From positions 1 through 61,435 of the forward strand of contig CAZWDH010000003.1 of the NCBI GenBank assembly GCA_964632865.1: a stretch of 61,435 bases of DNA, written 5' to 3'. Positions 34,292 to 43,286 of the stretch are shown piece after piece. Under the pieces are notes generated by a model. It was given only the letters and a program-made list of their open reading frames with translations. It was not told the origin of the DNA and ran no database searches. How positions within the stretch are numbered: position 1 is the first letter of the stretch; every line of letters begins with the position of its first letter. The position numbers and the translations under genes are program-made. This stretch comes from an uncultured Nitrospiraceae bacterium (GTDB lineage Bacteria > Hydrogenedentota > Hydrogenedentia > Hydrogenedentales > SLHB01).

Positions 34292-35217
34292 TGGGCGCAC
34301 TTATCAAGAACGTGCTGCTGTACACGGTGCTCCTGATTTGGCTGGCGGCCGTAGTGGCGCCGCTGCTTTGGGTCGTGGCCAGTTCCTTCCGCAGTTCGCG
34401 GGAATTCGTCGAAGACCCCTTTGGCCTTCCCTGGCTTATCACGGGTTCGCCCTACGCGGACAATCCCGATGTCGAGACACCCGTCGAAGCAGTGGCGTCC
34501 AACTTTCAAAAAGCCTGGGTGAAATCGAAGTTCAGCCGCTACTTTTTCAACAGCGTGCTCGTGACCACGCTATCCCTACTGGGCATTCTCACCTTCTCGT
34601 CGATGGCGGCCTACGTGCTCGCGAAGTTCGCGTTCCCCGGAAGCCGGTTGCTATTCCTCTACTTTGTAAGCGGCTTGATGATCCCCGCGCAGCTCGTGTT
34701 GATACCGCTCTTCTTTCAGTTCACGACCTTGTCGCACTTGGGCACCGCCCTCCTCTCCCCCATCGGCTACGAGGTGCACCTCCACGATACCTTCACCGGA
34801 CTCATCACGATCTACATCGCCCTGAGCCTGCCTTTCACGATCCTCGTGTTGACCGGATTCTTCAAATCCTTGCCGGGGACTTTGCGTGAAGCCGGCATCA
34901 TCGACGGTTGCTCGGAGTACGGCGTGTTCCGTCACGTCATGCTTCCCCTCGCGAAGCCAGGGCTCGTCACCGCCGCCATCTTCAACTTCCTCGGCATCTG
35001 GAACGAGTACCTCTTCGCCCTCGTCTTCGTCAGCTCCGACACCCACAAAACCCTCCCCCTCGGCCTCGCCGCCGTCAGCATGCAGGCCCAATACAAGACC
35101 GACTTCGGCCTCATGTTCGCGGGATTGGTCATCGTGCTGTTGCCGACCTTGCTCGTGTACATCGTCCTCCAACGCCAATTGACACGCGGCATCACCGTGG
35201 GCGCGTTAAAAGGGTAG
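34291..35217 (+). CDS. ABC sugar transporter permease (MalG-like)
   Basis: 308 aa, EAA loop EAGIIDGCSEYGVFRHVMLPLAKPGL. TGATG overlap with the previous gene. Confidence 0.85.
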   Translation: MGALIKNVLLYTVLLIWLAAVVAPLLWVVASSFRSSREFVEDPFGLPWLITGSPYADNPDVETPVEAVASNFQKAWVKSKFSRYFFNSVLVTTLSLLGILTFSSMAAYVLAKFAFPGSRLLFLYFVSGLMIPAQLVLIPLFFQFTTLSHLGTALLSPIGYEVHLHDTFTGLITIYIALSLPFTILVLTGFFKSLPGTLREAGIIDGCSEYGVFRHVMLPLAKPGLVTAAIFNFLGIWNEYLFALVFVSSDTHKTLPLGLAAVSMQAQYKTDFGLMFAGLVIVLLPTLLVYIVLQRQLTRGITVGALKG

Positions 35218-35308
35218 CCACCGGGACCGCCAGGCACCAGCCTGGCAAGCCTCGGAGCCGATGTTTACACGTCGAGAGAACGCCGTGCTATGAAGGCCCC
35301 CTACAGCT

Positions 35309-35758
35309 TCAAACCGATATGTCGAAATGCAGTACCTCTTCGCGCTTGCCCAGCTTCGTGTATAAGGCTATCGCGGGTTCGTCACCGAGATCCGCCTGCA
35401 CGAAGATAACGTGCGCACCCCTGGCTTTGGCAATGGTCTTTAGTGCTTCAATCAGAGCTGTCGCAATTCCTTCGCGCCGATGCCCGCTCGCGACTGCGAG
35501 ATCGTAAATATAGATCTCACTACGCTCCTGCTCGATTTTCTGGAGTTCGTATGCAGCGAGACCGCCGACGACTTCGTGCTCTTTCAATGCAACGAGCGCG
35601 ACAAACGTCTCGCTCGCGAGCAAACGGCAAAGGTAGTCCCTTCCCGGACGATTGGCGCCATAGGTTTTGACCTCATCGAAGGCTTCACCGAAGATCGTCA
35701 GCAAGTCTTCCATCAAATCTACGTCATCGGCTGTAATCTGACGGATGCTGATAATCAC
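35309..35758 (-). CDS. GNAT acetyltransferase closely resembling aminoglycoside N(3)-acetyltransferase AAC(3)-I
   Basis: GTG at 35758 (GGAG 8 nt upstream), 149 aa. [50 protein letters not shown] line up nearly residue for residue with my recollection of AAC(3)-Ia. Confidence 0.8.
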   Translation of the reverse strand: MIISIRQITADDVDLMEDLLTIFGEAFDEVKTYGANRPGRDYLCRLLASETFVALVALKEHEVVGGLAAYELQKIEQERSEIYIYDLAVASGHRREGIATALIEALKTIAKARGAHVIFVQADLGDEPAIALYTKLGKREEVLHFDISV

Positions 35759-35864
35759 ACGCGTAGTCTCCACGATGGTTAGGTTCCACGAGGTCCCCGA
35801 CGTAAAGAAGAAGGCGGGTTGGAAAACCCGCCCTCCTATTGGAATGCTCAATCCGCTTCGCGGC

Positions 35865-36824
35865 TTATTGGTCTGGAGGGCCTCCGGCGCGGTTGACCGT
35901 GCCGGTGACGGTGCGGCCGAGATCGGGTTTGTCGGTGATGATGCCGTCGACGCCCCATTCGACAAAGCGGGTCATGGTTTCGAGATCGTTGACGGTATAG
36001 ACCGCCACCGTTTTGTCCGCGTCCTGGAACGCTTCGAGGCGGCCAATCGAAAGGGCGTCGGCGTTCATGTTGAAGCCGTCGAAATCAAAGAAGTAGCCGA
36101 GCCGCAGGTACTGTTCCCACTTCGCCGTCTCACCTTCCTTGAACCCGCCCAGGAACTCCACGCGGATCTCCGGCGCTTCGTGCTTCACGATGGCGCAGAT
36201 GATGGGCGAGAAGGACTGAATGACCACGTGGCGGTGCATCTTGCGCCAGCGCACTTCTTCGATGACCTTGCGCGTCAGCGCGAGGTTGTAAGACTCCGCC
36301 TGCTCGATCATGTCGATCATGTGGTTCTTGAATTGACGGCTCGCATCCTTGTCGCCCTCGGCCTCCATGAGGATTTCCTGGAGCAGCGCGGAGTCGTCGG
36401 AACTGTCTTTGATCTCGATGTAAACGCCGATATTCCACTTGGCGAAGTCGAGGGCCTGACCGAGTGTGGGAACTCGTTCGCCTGCGAACTCGGGGGAGAA
36501 CCACGAGCCTGCGTCGAGCTGCTTGATGTCGTACAGCGTCAGGTCGCGCACGTACCCCGTACCGTTCGTCGTGCGGTCGACCGTGTCGTCATGCATGCAG
36601 ACCACCTCGCCGTCCCGGGTCAAAGTGCAGTCCAGTTCAAACCAGTCCGCACTCATCTCTTTGGCGAGTTTGAACGCGGCAAGCGTGTTTTCCGGCGCAT
36701 AGGCGCTCGCGCCGCGATGGGCAATCACGTCGATGGCGCCATGGGGAGCGCCGGCTTCGTACCGCTGACATCCTGTCATCATGAGGCATCCTAGAACGGC
36801 TAAGCAGATTCCGACACGTTTCAT
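35865..36824 (-). CDS. glpQ: Glycerophosphodiester phosphodiesterase lipoprotein (GlpQ/UgpQ family)
   Basis: ATG at 36824 (AAGGAGA RBS). Lipobox [25 protein letters not shown] and [17 protein letters not shown] motifs. Confidence 0.88.
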   Translation of the reverse strand: MKRVGICLAVLGCLMMTGCQRYEAGAPHGAIDVIAHRGASAYAPENTLAAFKLAKEMSADWFELDCTLTRDGEVVCMHDDTVDRTTNGTGYVRDLTLYDIKQLDAGSWFSPEFAGERVPTLGQALDFAKWNIGVYIEIKDSSDDSALLQEILMEAEGDKDASRQFKNHMIDMIEQAESYNLALTRKVIEEVRWRKMHRHVVIQSFSPIICAIVKHEAPEIRVEFLGGFKEGETAKWEQYLRLGYFFDFDGFNMNADALSIGRLEAFQDADKTVAVYTVNDLETMTRFVEWGVDGIITDKPDLGRTVTGTVNRAGGPPDQ

Positions 36825-36930
36825 GAGTATCTCCTTTTCCCGGTCCCCGTTGGAGTATACCAGATTCCGCAGCAGAGGCAAGGCCTTTAAGTGGCCGTGT
36901 TATCGGATGTTGCGCCGGGAACCAGCCACT

Positions 36931-38220
36931 CTATTCCCGCGCCGTCTGGGGTAAGTATCCCGAGAAGTCCGGAATCTGGCCGCCGCCGCGATAGGTGATA
37001 GGTGGCGGATCGAGGAGTTTGAGGAGAGAATCTTTGATCGCATACGCAAAAAAGTGATTGCCCGCCGGGCTGTAGTGTCCGATGAAATACCGGTTCAAGT
37101 ACTGCTCCACGGACAGGTTGAACGCGGCGAAATCCCCGAGATGCACCTCGTTCATGTCGAAGTAATCGAATTCGTTCTCCGCCAAGAAATCGACTATCGG
37201 CTGGTCGTATCGCGGCTCGCCCCGCAGGAGCTGTCGCGTCACAGTCGGGTCAAGCAGGGCTATCAAAAGTTTCTTGTCGCGACTCGCGCAGAAGTCGCGG
37301 GCCTTGGTCAGGATATGGCGCGTCGCCGCAAAACCATAGGCCTTCTGCAACGCGTTCAGGGATTGGCGCAGCGCGTCGGGCGTTGCACGGTCCACGGGCG
37401 GCCTGTCCAGCCATTTCGCCAACTGATCCATACGATCAAGATCGAGACTCATCGGATCGACTGAGCGCAGGACGCTCAGTTGCACCATGAGATCGTCGCG
37501 TAAGGCCTCCACCATGAACTCGGGGTCGGTCATTCGATACACGCTCTCCGGGGTGGGCAACCGGTTCTCGTGCTCGACGAATTCCCCCGTATCCAAATCC
37601 ATCTCGATGTTGGCCCAGAAGTTGTTGTGAAACGCGCGCCCGCCGTCCGAGTCCCACCATGGGTAAATGACCGCGTACCGGCACCGCATGACGCTGCGAA
37701 AATGGTCGTCGCCCCAGACGTACAACACCACGTACTCGGCGCCGAGAGTCGACTGCTCGACCTCGACCATCCGCCGGTAGGCCTGATACGTGCCGTATCC
37801 GCCCATGCCGAAGTTCCGCAGCGGCTCTCCAAAATGCGCCGCGAGGTACTCCTGCCAGGTCTCGCCGTCGCTGACCTGGTGGCACTGGGTGAAGCTGTCG
37901 CCGTAGGTGTTTATCCGGCACGGCCGATCGGTGTACATATGCGCGGTCCGCGCCCCGTTTTCTCCAGCGGTGGAAATCGTGCGGCTCTTGTCGATGCCGT
38001 CGCGCGGCATGTAATACCCAAGCCGATAGCCCAGAACCGGATCGAACTTCGCCCAAGACGGTTGGTCCGGGTCCAGAAAGACGTCCAGCGTTTCACGCGG
38101 CACCGCGCTCCCACGCAGGTAGGTTTCGTAGGTGGGCAAGGCCGGTTCCTCCTCCGCCTTCGCGTTCTCGGCCGTGGATGCAGCAGCGCACAAAAGCGAA
38201 GCGACCACGAAAATCTTCAT
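36931..38220 (-). CDS. Secreted SGNH/GDSL-like hydrolase (putative carbohydrate esterase)
   Basis: ATG at 38220 gives the signal peptide MKIFVVASLLCAAAS. Block I is TYGDSFTQC (GDS). Otherwise no close match that I recognise. Confidence 0.55.
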   Translation of the reverse strand: MKIFVVASLLCAAASTAENAKAEEEPALPTYETYLRGSAVPRETLDVFLDPDQPSWAKFDPVLGYRLGYYMPRDGIDKSRTISTAGENGARTAHMYTDRPCRINTYGDSFTQCHQVSDGETWQEYLAAHFGEPLRNFGMGGYGTYQAYRRMVEVEQSTLGAEYVVLYVWGDDHFRSVMRCRYAVIYPWWDSDGGRAFHNNFWANIEMDLDTGEFVEHENRLPTPESVYRMTDPEFMVEALRDDLMVQLSVLRSVDPMSLDLDRMDQLAKWLDRPPVDRATPDALRQSLNALQKAYGFAATRHILTKARDFCASRDKKLLIALLDPTVTRQLLRGEPRYDQPIVDFLAENEFDYFDMNEVHLGDFAAFNLSVEQYLNRYFIGHYSPAGNHFFAYAIKDSLLKLLDPPPITYRGGGQIPDFSGYLPQTARE

Positions 38221-38506
38221 AGTTCCAATACGTGCAAGCACCTGTGTTTCTCCTTACGCTCTTCACACTCGCATTTCTTGCCGCTGAACTCGCTCAAGCC
38301 TATGCAGTTCCATGAAGATTTACAACGTTCGCCCGTTCCCACAGAATGTCTTGCCGACCGACGGCGAGGTTGCTACTATGACGGCGCGTGGAACGAGGGG
38401 TCCAATTCGCGGAAGGTGAGGAACGTTTAATGCTGAAACGAATCGTGGTGGTGGGTGAAATGAGCCGCTGTACGGTTTCCTGACGAAGAAGGCCGCCGGG
38501 GACAAC

Positions 38507-39184
38507 ATGGAAGTCGTTCAGGTGGCCAAGGACGAGGCCCTGCCGGCCGGTACGGCTACCGTAGTGGGTGGCGCCGAAGACGCCGATGCGATTGGCGCGT
38601 TCGCCGTTTCCCTCGGCAAGCGACAGGAAGAGCTGCTGGAACTCATCGCCCATGCCATCGATTCACGGGAAGATCTCGCGCAGGGAACCTCGCTTCGCGT
38701 CAAGAATCACGCCACACGGTTTGCTCAAGCGCTGGGGCTGTCAGCTGCGGACCAGTTAACGCTGGAACGAGGAGCCCTCCTTCGGGATATCGGCAAGCTG
38801 AAGATTCGCAACGAGGTCTTGCTGAAGTACACGCTGCTCACGCACGACGAGTGGGACATGCTCCAGCGGCATACCCACATCGGCGCGGACCTCGTGAAGC
38901 GGACGGAAGGTCTCCGGGACATCGAGGACATCGTCCGCCGTCACCACGAGTGTTTCGACGGGACCGGTTACCCGGACGGCCTCGAAGGCGATGCCATTCC
39001 CACGCTTGCGCAGGCCATGCGGATTCTCGACGTGTTCTGCGCCATGACCAGCGCCCGCCATTACCGGCAGGGGACCTTCTCCGTCGAGGAGGGGCTTGAC
39101 CATGTGAAAAGCGAATCCGGCAAGCATTTCCATCCCGAACTGGTGAAAGTCTTTCTGGACAAGAACGTCGGCGAAGCCGACTGA
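38507..39184 (+). CDS. HD-GYP domain protein (c-di-GMP phosphodiesterase family)
   Basis: 225 aa. LLRDIGKL, HTHIGADL, RRHHECFDGTGYPDGL (HD...HHExxDGxGYP). Confidence 0.85.
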   Translation: MEVVQVAKDEALPAGTATVVGGAEDADAIGAFAVSLGKRQEELLELIAHAIDSREDLAQGTSLRVKNHATRFAQALGLSAADQLTLERGALLRDIGKLKIRNEVLLKYTLLTHDEWDMLQRHTHIGADLVKRTEGLRDIEDIVRRHHECFDGTGYPDGLEGDAIPTLAQAMRILDVFCAMTSARHYRQGTFSVEEGLDHVKSESGKHFHPELVKVFLDKNVGEAD

Positions 39185-39197
39185 TACGTGCCGTCCT

Positions 39198-39290
39198 GTG
39201 GCTTGGGCGTCCACGCCCAAGGCCCCGGCAGTAGATCTGTCGACTATCCCGCGGACTACTTGGGCGTGGACGCCCAAGCCACGCCCAAGG
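39198..39290. repeat. Pair of inverted 24-nt GC-rich palindromic units, each itself a hairpin, plus a third half-site
   Basis: GTGGCTTGGGCGTCCACGCCCAAG (39198-39221) is the reverse complement of CTTGGGCGTGGACGCCCAAGCCAC (39259-39282). A trailing GCCCAAGG lies at 39283-39290. Located directly 3' of the HD-GYP stop. Confidence 0.85.
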
Positions 39291-39468
39291 CGATGCGTTC
39301 TCGCTTCCTGAGTTATAGACGTACTCGATCTGTCACCAATTCCGCCGCATAAACGTCTTCTAAGTAGATGGTATCGAACTGATAGACCTATCCGGCGCGG
39401 TCAGCCGCTCCTGCCGTCGCTGATCGTTCCGATGAAGCGATGCCATTGAGGTACCAGGAGACACGGAA

Positions 39469-40359
39469 ATGTCCAGGATGCGCGGATTTACGCTGGTCGA
39501 AGTGCTCGTGGTAATCGCGATTATTTCCATCCTGGCCGCGCTGCTCCTACCGGCCTTGAGCCGGGCGCGGGAATCGGCCCGGCGTACATCCTGCGCCAAT
39601 AACCAGAAGCAAATGGGGCAGATCTTCCGCATGTTTGCCGACGAGCACGATGGCGAATGGGTGCCGCGCATGATCCCCTACCATCTGCCCTTCAGTCCCG
39701 TGAAACAGTGCTGGTCCAGTTTCGACGGAGCAATCCTGTATCCGGAGTACCTGACCGACTACCACATCATCATCTGCCCCTCGGACCCGGAGTACAACAT
39801 GCTCTACGACTACTGGCGCATGTTTCGTCCGGTGGGTCCCGGTTGGCATACGGATCCCTACGACAACCCGGTCAAGCACATGAACGTGTACCCCGCACTC
39901 GCGGACTATTCCTATGTGTACTGGGGTTTCATGGTTGAGCCGCGCTACGTGAGGGAGCCCCTGGACATGGCCTTGCACGGGCTGCTCCTCGACAACCTGA
40001 CGACCGACAGCGTCAACCTCGAAACGCGGTACGACGATCAACACGTAACCCTGCCGAGCACCGGCGGGGAAATCACCGTATACTGCTTGCGCGATGGCAT
40101 CAACCGGTTCGCGATTACCGATATCAACAATCCTGCCGCGTCGGCCATCGCGGATTCGGAAGTTGCGGTCTGGTGGGACACGGTGAGGACAGACTACGGT
40201 CGGCCCATGTACCGGGAAATCAACCACAGTCCTCTCGCCGCCAATGTGCTCTTCATGGACGGCCACGTCGAGTTCGCGCGGTATCCGCAACCGAACGGCT
40301 CCAAGTTCTTTATGCTGTCCCAAGTAGCTACGGAGGACAACGTCCCGAATTTCCCGTAG
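39469..40359 (+). CDS. Type II secretion/type IV pilin-like pseudopilin with a DUF1559 (H-X9-DG) domain
   Basis: Prepilin cleavage/methylation N-terminus [28 protein letters not shown]-terminal [19 protein letters not shown]. Confidence 0.88.
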   Translation: MSRMRGFTLVEVLVVIAIISILAALLLPALSRARESARRTSCANNQKQMGQIFRMFADEHDGEWVPRMIPYHLPFSPVKQCWSSFDGAILYPEYLTDYHIIICPSDPEYNMLYDYWRMFRPVGPGWHTDPYDNPVKHMNVYPALADYSYVYWGFMVEPRYVREPLDMALHGLLLDNLTTDSVNLETRYDDQHVTLPSTGGEITVYCLRDGINRFAITDINNPAASAIADSEVAVWWDTVRTDYGRPMYREINHSPLAANVLFMDGHVEFARYPQPNGSKFFMLSQVATEDNVPNFP

Positions 40360-40497
40360 GCGCAGGCTGCCGCTTCTGCGCCGTCGCTCCCGTCCCTGCG
40401 GTCCCCGGCAAGCGGACCTTGCATCCCCTTCCCCTTTTGCGCGACGATGCAAATGGAGCAATCGGGTGCTGCCGCGCGCAGCTACAGAAGGGGCATC

Positions 40498-42501
40498 ATG
40501 ACAGATAAACGACGAGTTGATCGGCGGAAATTCTTTCAGGACATCGCAGGCGCGGGAGCCTTGGGTACCTACGCGCTGTTATATAGGCCCAACCCAGCCG
40601 TTGCCGCGGCGGCGGAACCGCTCGACCCCAACGCGCGATTCGAGACTATCGCACCCCCGCCGGATTCGTTGCAGCGAGTCCAAGCGGAACCCAACATGCT
40701 CGCGGTCGATCTCGAATGCGACTTCTTTATCGCGGGCGGCGGCATGGCGGGCGTATGTGCAGCGCTCGCGGCCGCCCGCAACGGTGCAAAGGTCATCCTC
40801 GCTCAGGACCGGTCGCGCTTGGGTGGCAACGCGAGCAGCGAAGTCCGCATGCACATCGTGGGCGCGGATTGCCACGGCGGCCGTCCCGGTTGGCGCGAAG
40901 GCGGCATCCTCGAAGAGATGCGCCTTGAGAACGTGGTCCGCAACCCCCATTACGCGTGGGAACTGTGGGACCTCATGCTCTACGACAAGCTCGTCTCCGA
41001 ACCGAATCTGACACTCCTTCTGGACAGCATCCTCTACGCGGCGCAGGTCGAGGACGGCGCTATCAAGGAAGTCCTGGTCCGCTGCGACAAGACCGAGCAT
41101 ATCTACCGAATCCGCGCGCCCTATTTCGCGGATTGCACCGGCGACTGCCGGCTCGGTCTGGAAGCGGGCGTGTCGATGCGGCTGGGCCATGAGGCGCGGT
41201 CGGAATTTAACGAATCCCTCGCGCCCGAGCAGGGTGGACCGGAGACTCTGGGCAGCAGCATCCTCTTCACCTCGAAAGACTACGGCGAACCCATTCCCTT
41301 CGTGCCGCCGGCATGGGCGCGAAAGGTGACCAAGGACCAACTCGAATTCCGCGGCATTCGCTCCTGGGAGTACGGCTATTGGTGGATCGAATGGGGCGGC
41401 GACCTGGACACCATTCGCGATAACGAACGAATCCGTTTCGAACTGCTGTCCATCGTCATGGGCATCTGGGACTACATCAAGAACTCCGGCAACCACCCCG
41501 AAAGCGCGAACTGGGGCATGGACTGGGTTGGCATGATCCCCGGCAAACGCGGGAGCCGCCGCATCGAAGGCGCCCACGTGCTCAACCAGAACGATTGCCA
41601 GGGCGGCTGGCGTCAGTTCACGGACAGCGTCACCATCGGCGGCTGGCCCTTCGACGATCATCCCTCCCGCGGATTCGACGCGCCGAAGGAACGGCCCGCG
41701 CGCCAGGAAAAGATCCAGGAGCCTTTCAACATCCCCCTGCGCTCGCTCTACGCAAAGGATGTGAAGAACCTGTTCATGGCGGGCCGCAACATCAGTGCGT
41801 CGCACGTGGCGTTTACGTCGACGCGGGTCATGGGCACCTGCTCGGCGGCAGGCCAGGCGGTGGGTACGGCTGCGGCATTTTGCGTAAAGCGCGGTTTAAC
41901 TCCGGACCAGGTGGTAAATGACGCGGCGCAGATCGGGTATCTCAAGCAGGTCTTGCTGCGCGACGATCAGGCAATTCGCGAGTGCGTAAACGAGGACCCC
42001 GGCGACGTGGCGCGCAGTGCGACGGTGACAGCGTCGGGCCTTCTGGAAGAAAGCCAGCCGTCGAACATTCTCAGCGGTGTCTCGCGCGATGTGCCCCAGA
42101 GTTGGCTGAACCGCTGGGCGGGCGCCATGACGGACAGTGGAGCCTGGATCGCACTCACATGGAACGACCCTCAGAAGATCGGATTTGTGCAGATTACCTT
42201 CGACTCAGGCTTCGAGCGGGAGCTGACCTTGTCTGAACAGGCCAGCGCCATCTCGCGCGTCATCAAGGGACCGCAGCCCGAGACGATCCGCGACTACACG
42301 ATTGAGTACCAGCCACCCGAATCGGACGAGTACCGCGAACTCGTTCGCGTCACCGGCAACTTCCAGCGGCTGCGCCGTCACGCCTTTGACGCGGTCGACG
42401 CCCGCAGCGTCCGCATATCCATCCAGGCAACCAACGGGTCCAACCTTGCGCGGATCTATGAGGTGCGCTGTTACGCGGAAACTCCAACCATCGAAGCGTG
42501 A
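40498..42501 (+). CDS. Tat-exported FAD-dependent oxidoreductase with a C-terminal discoidin (F5/8 type C)-like domain
   Basis: ATG at 40498. Tat motif DRRKFFQDIAGAGALG, dinucleotide fold FFIAGGGMAGVCAALAAARNGAKVILAQDRSRLGGN. The C-terminal ~150 aa look like a carbohydrate-binding beta-sandwich. Confidence 0.75.
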   Translation: MTDKRRVDRRKFFQDIAGAGALGTYALLYRPNPAVAAAAEPLDPNARFETIAPPPDSLQRVQAEPNMLAVDLECDFFIAGGGMAGVCAALAAARNGAKVILAQDRSRLGGNASSEVRMHIVGADCHGGRPGWREGGILEEMRLENVVRNPHYAWELWDLMLYDKLVSEPNLTLLLDSILYAAQVEDGAIKEVLVRCDKTEHIYRIRAPYFADCTGDCRLGLEAGVSMRLGHEARSEFNESLAPEQGGPETLGSSILFTSKDYGEPIPFVPPAWARKVTKDQLEFRGIRSWEYGYWWIEWGGDLDTIRDNERIRFELLSIVMGIWDYIKNSGNHPESANWGMDWVGMIPGKRGSRRIEGAHVLNQNDCQGGWRQFTDSVTIGGWPFDDHPSRGFDAPKERPARQEKIQEPFNIPLRSLYAKDVKNLFMAGRNISASHVAFTSTRVMGTCSAAGQAVGTAAAFCVKRGLTPDQVVNDAAQIGYLKQVLLRDDQAIRECVNEDPGDVARSATVTASGLLEESQPSNILSGVSRDVPQSWLNRWAGAMTDSGAWIALTWNDPQKIGFVQITFDSGFERELTLSEQASAISRVIKGPQPETIRDYTIEYQPPESDEYRELVRVTGNFQRLRRHAFDAVDARSVRISIQATNGSNLARIYEVRCYAETPTIEA

Positions 42502-42549
42502 ACGCCCCGTCGCGATCCACTATCATGACGGAGGGAGGGAGGAGCACTT

Positions 42550-43281
42550 ATGAAGACCGTACGTGTCCTGGGTGTGCAAATGCCCGTTTCCAGAAAACTC
42601 GATGAAAACCTCGAACGCATTCTCTCGCACTTGAAACCGACGGACGCGGATTTCGTGCTGTTCCCCGAAATGGCGTTGACCGGGTATCAGGGCGATTTCA
42701 GCCAGAAAGCCGTCGAGCGGGCCTGGAGCCAGATTGCGGAAGCCTGCCGGCAGACCTACACGACGGCGCTGGTCGGCACCGGTTCGAAGAACGGTGAGGG
42801 CACCTACATTCAAACGCGGGTCTACGGCGCCAACGGCGAACTCATGGGCACCCACGAGAAGATCATGGCCACGTCCAGGGACCGCGAGTTCTGCCGGCCC
42901 GGCGGGGAACTGCGCGTCTTTCAGCACGCGGGCATCCGGTTCGGCTGTCTCATCTGCAACGACCTTTGGGTAACGCCGGGGTGCGGACCGTACCCCGATC
43001 CGCGACTGACGTATCAATTGGGCAGGAAAGGCGCGCAAGTCATCTTTCACAGCGTGAACTCCGGCGCGAGCAGCATCCATGCGCCTTTTCACGAGTCAAA
43101 TCTGATGCTGCGCGCGATGGAGAGTCAGGTTTACATCTGCACGGCGAACGCGGCGACCAACGAGGGCCCCGTGAACTGTCCCTCGGGCGTCGTATCGCCG
43201 GAGGGGAAATGGCTCGTCCAATGTCCACGCGACGGTGAGCAAACCTATACCTGCGACATCGAAGGAATCGCCGAGGAGTAG
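42550..43281 (+). CDS. Carbon-nitrogen hydrolase (nitrilase superfamily amidase)
   Basis: 243 aa. Glu-Lys-Cys triad context LFPEMAL, THEKIM, FGCLICNDLW. Very strong GAGGGAGGGAGGAG RBS. Confidence 0.85.
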   Translation: MKTVRVLGVQMPVSRKLDENLERILSHLKPTDADFVLFPEMALTGYQGDFSQKAVERAWSQIAEACRQTYTTALVGTGSKNGEGTYIQTRVYGANGELMGTHEKIMATSRDREFCRPGGELRVFQHAGIRFGCLICNDLWVTPGCGPYPDPRLTYQLGRKGAQVIFHSVNSGASSIHAPFHESNLMLRAMESQVYICTANAATNEGPVNCPSGVVSPEGKWLVQCPRDGEQTYTCDIEGIAEE

Positions 43282-43286
43282 TTGAA

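Noticed and set aside
35865-35965. Apparent 100-nt overlap between the GNAT ORF and the glpQ ORF in the track
   Set aside because: The overlap disappears once the GNAT start is placed at the GTG at 35758, where AAC(3)-I homology begins and an RBS is present.
40579-41805. 408-aa ORF on the minus strand
   Set aside because: It is antisense to the FAD-dependent oxidoreductase. It has no motifs, and the Arg/Ala-rich composition marks it as a shadow frame.
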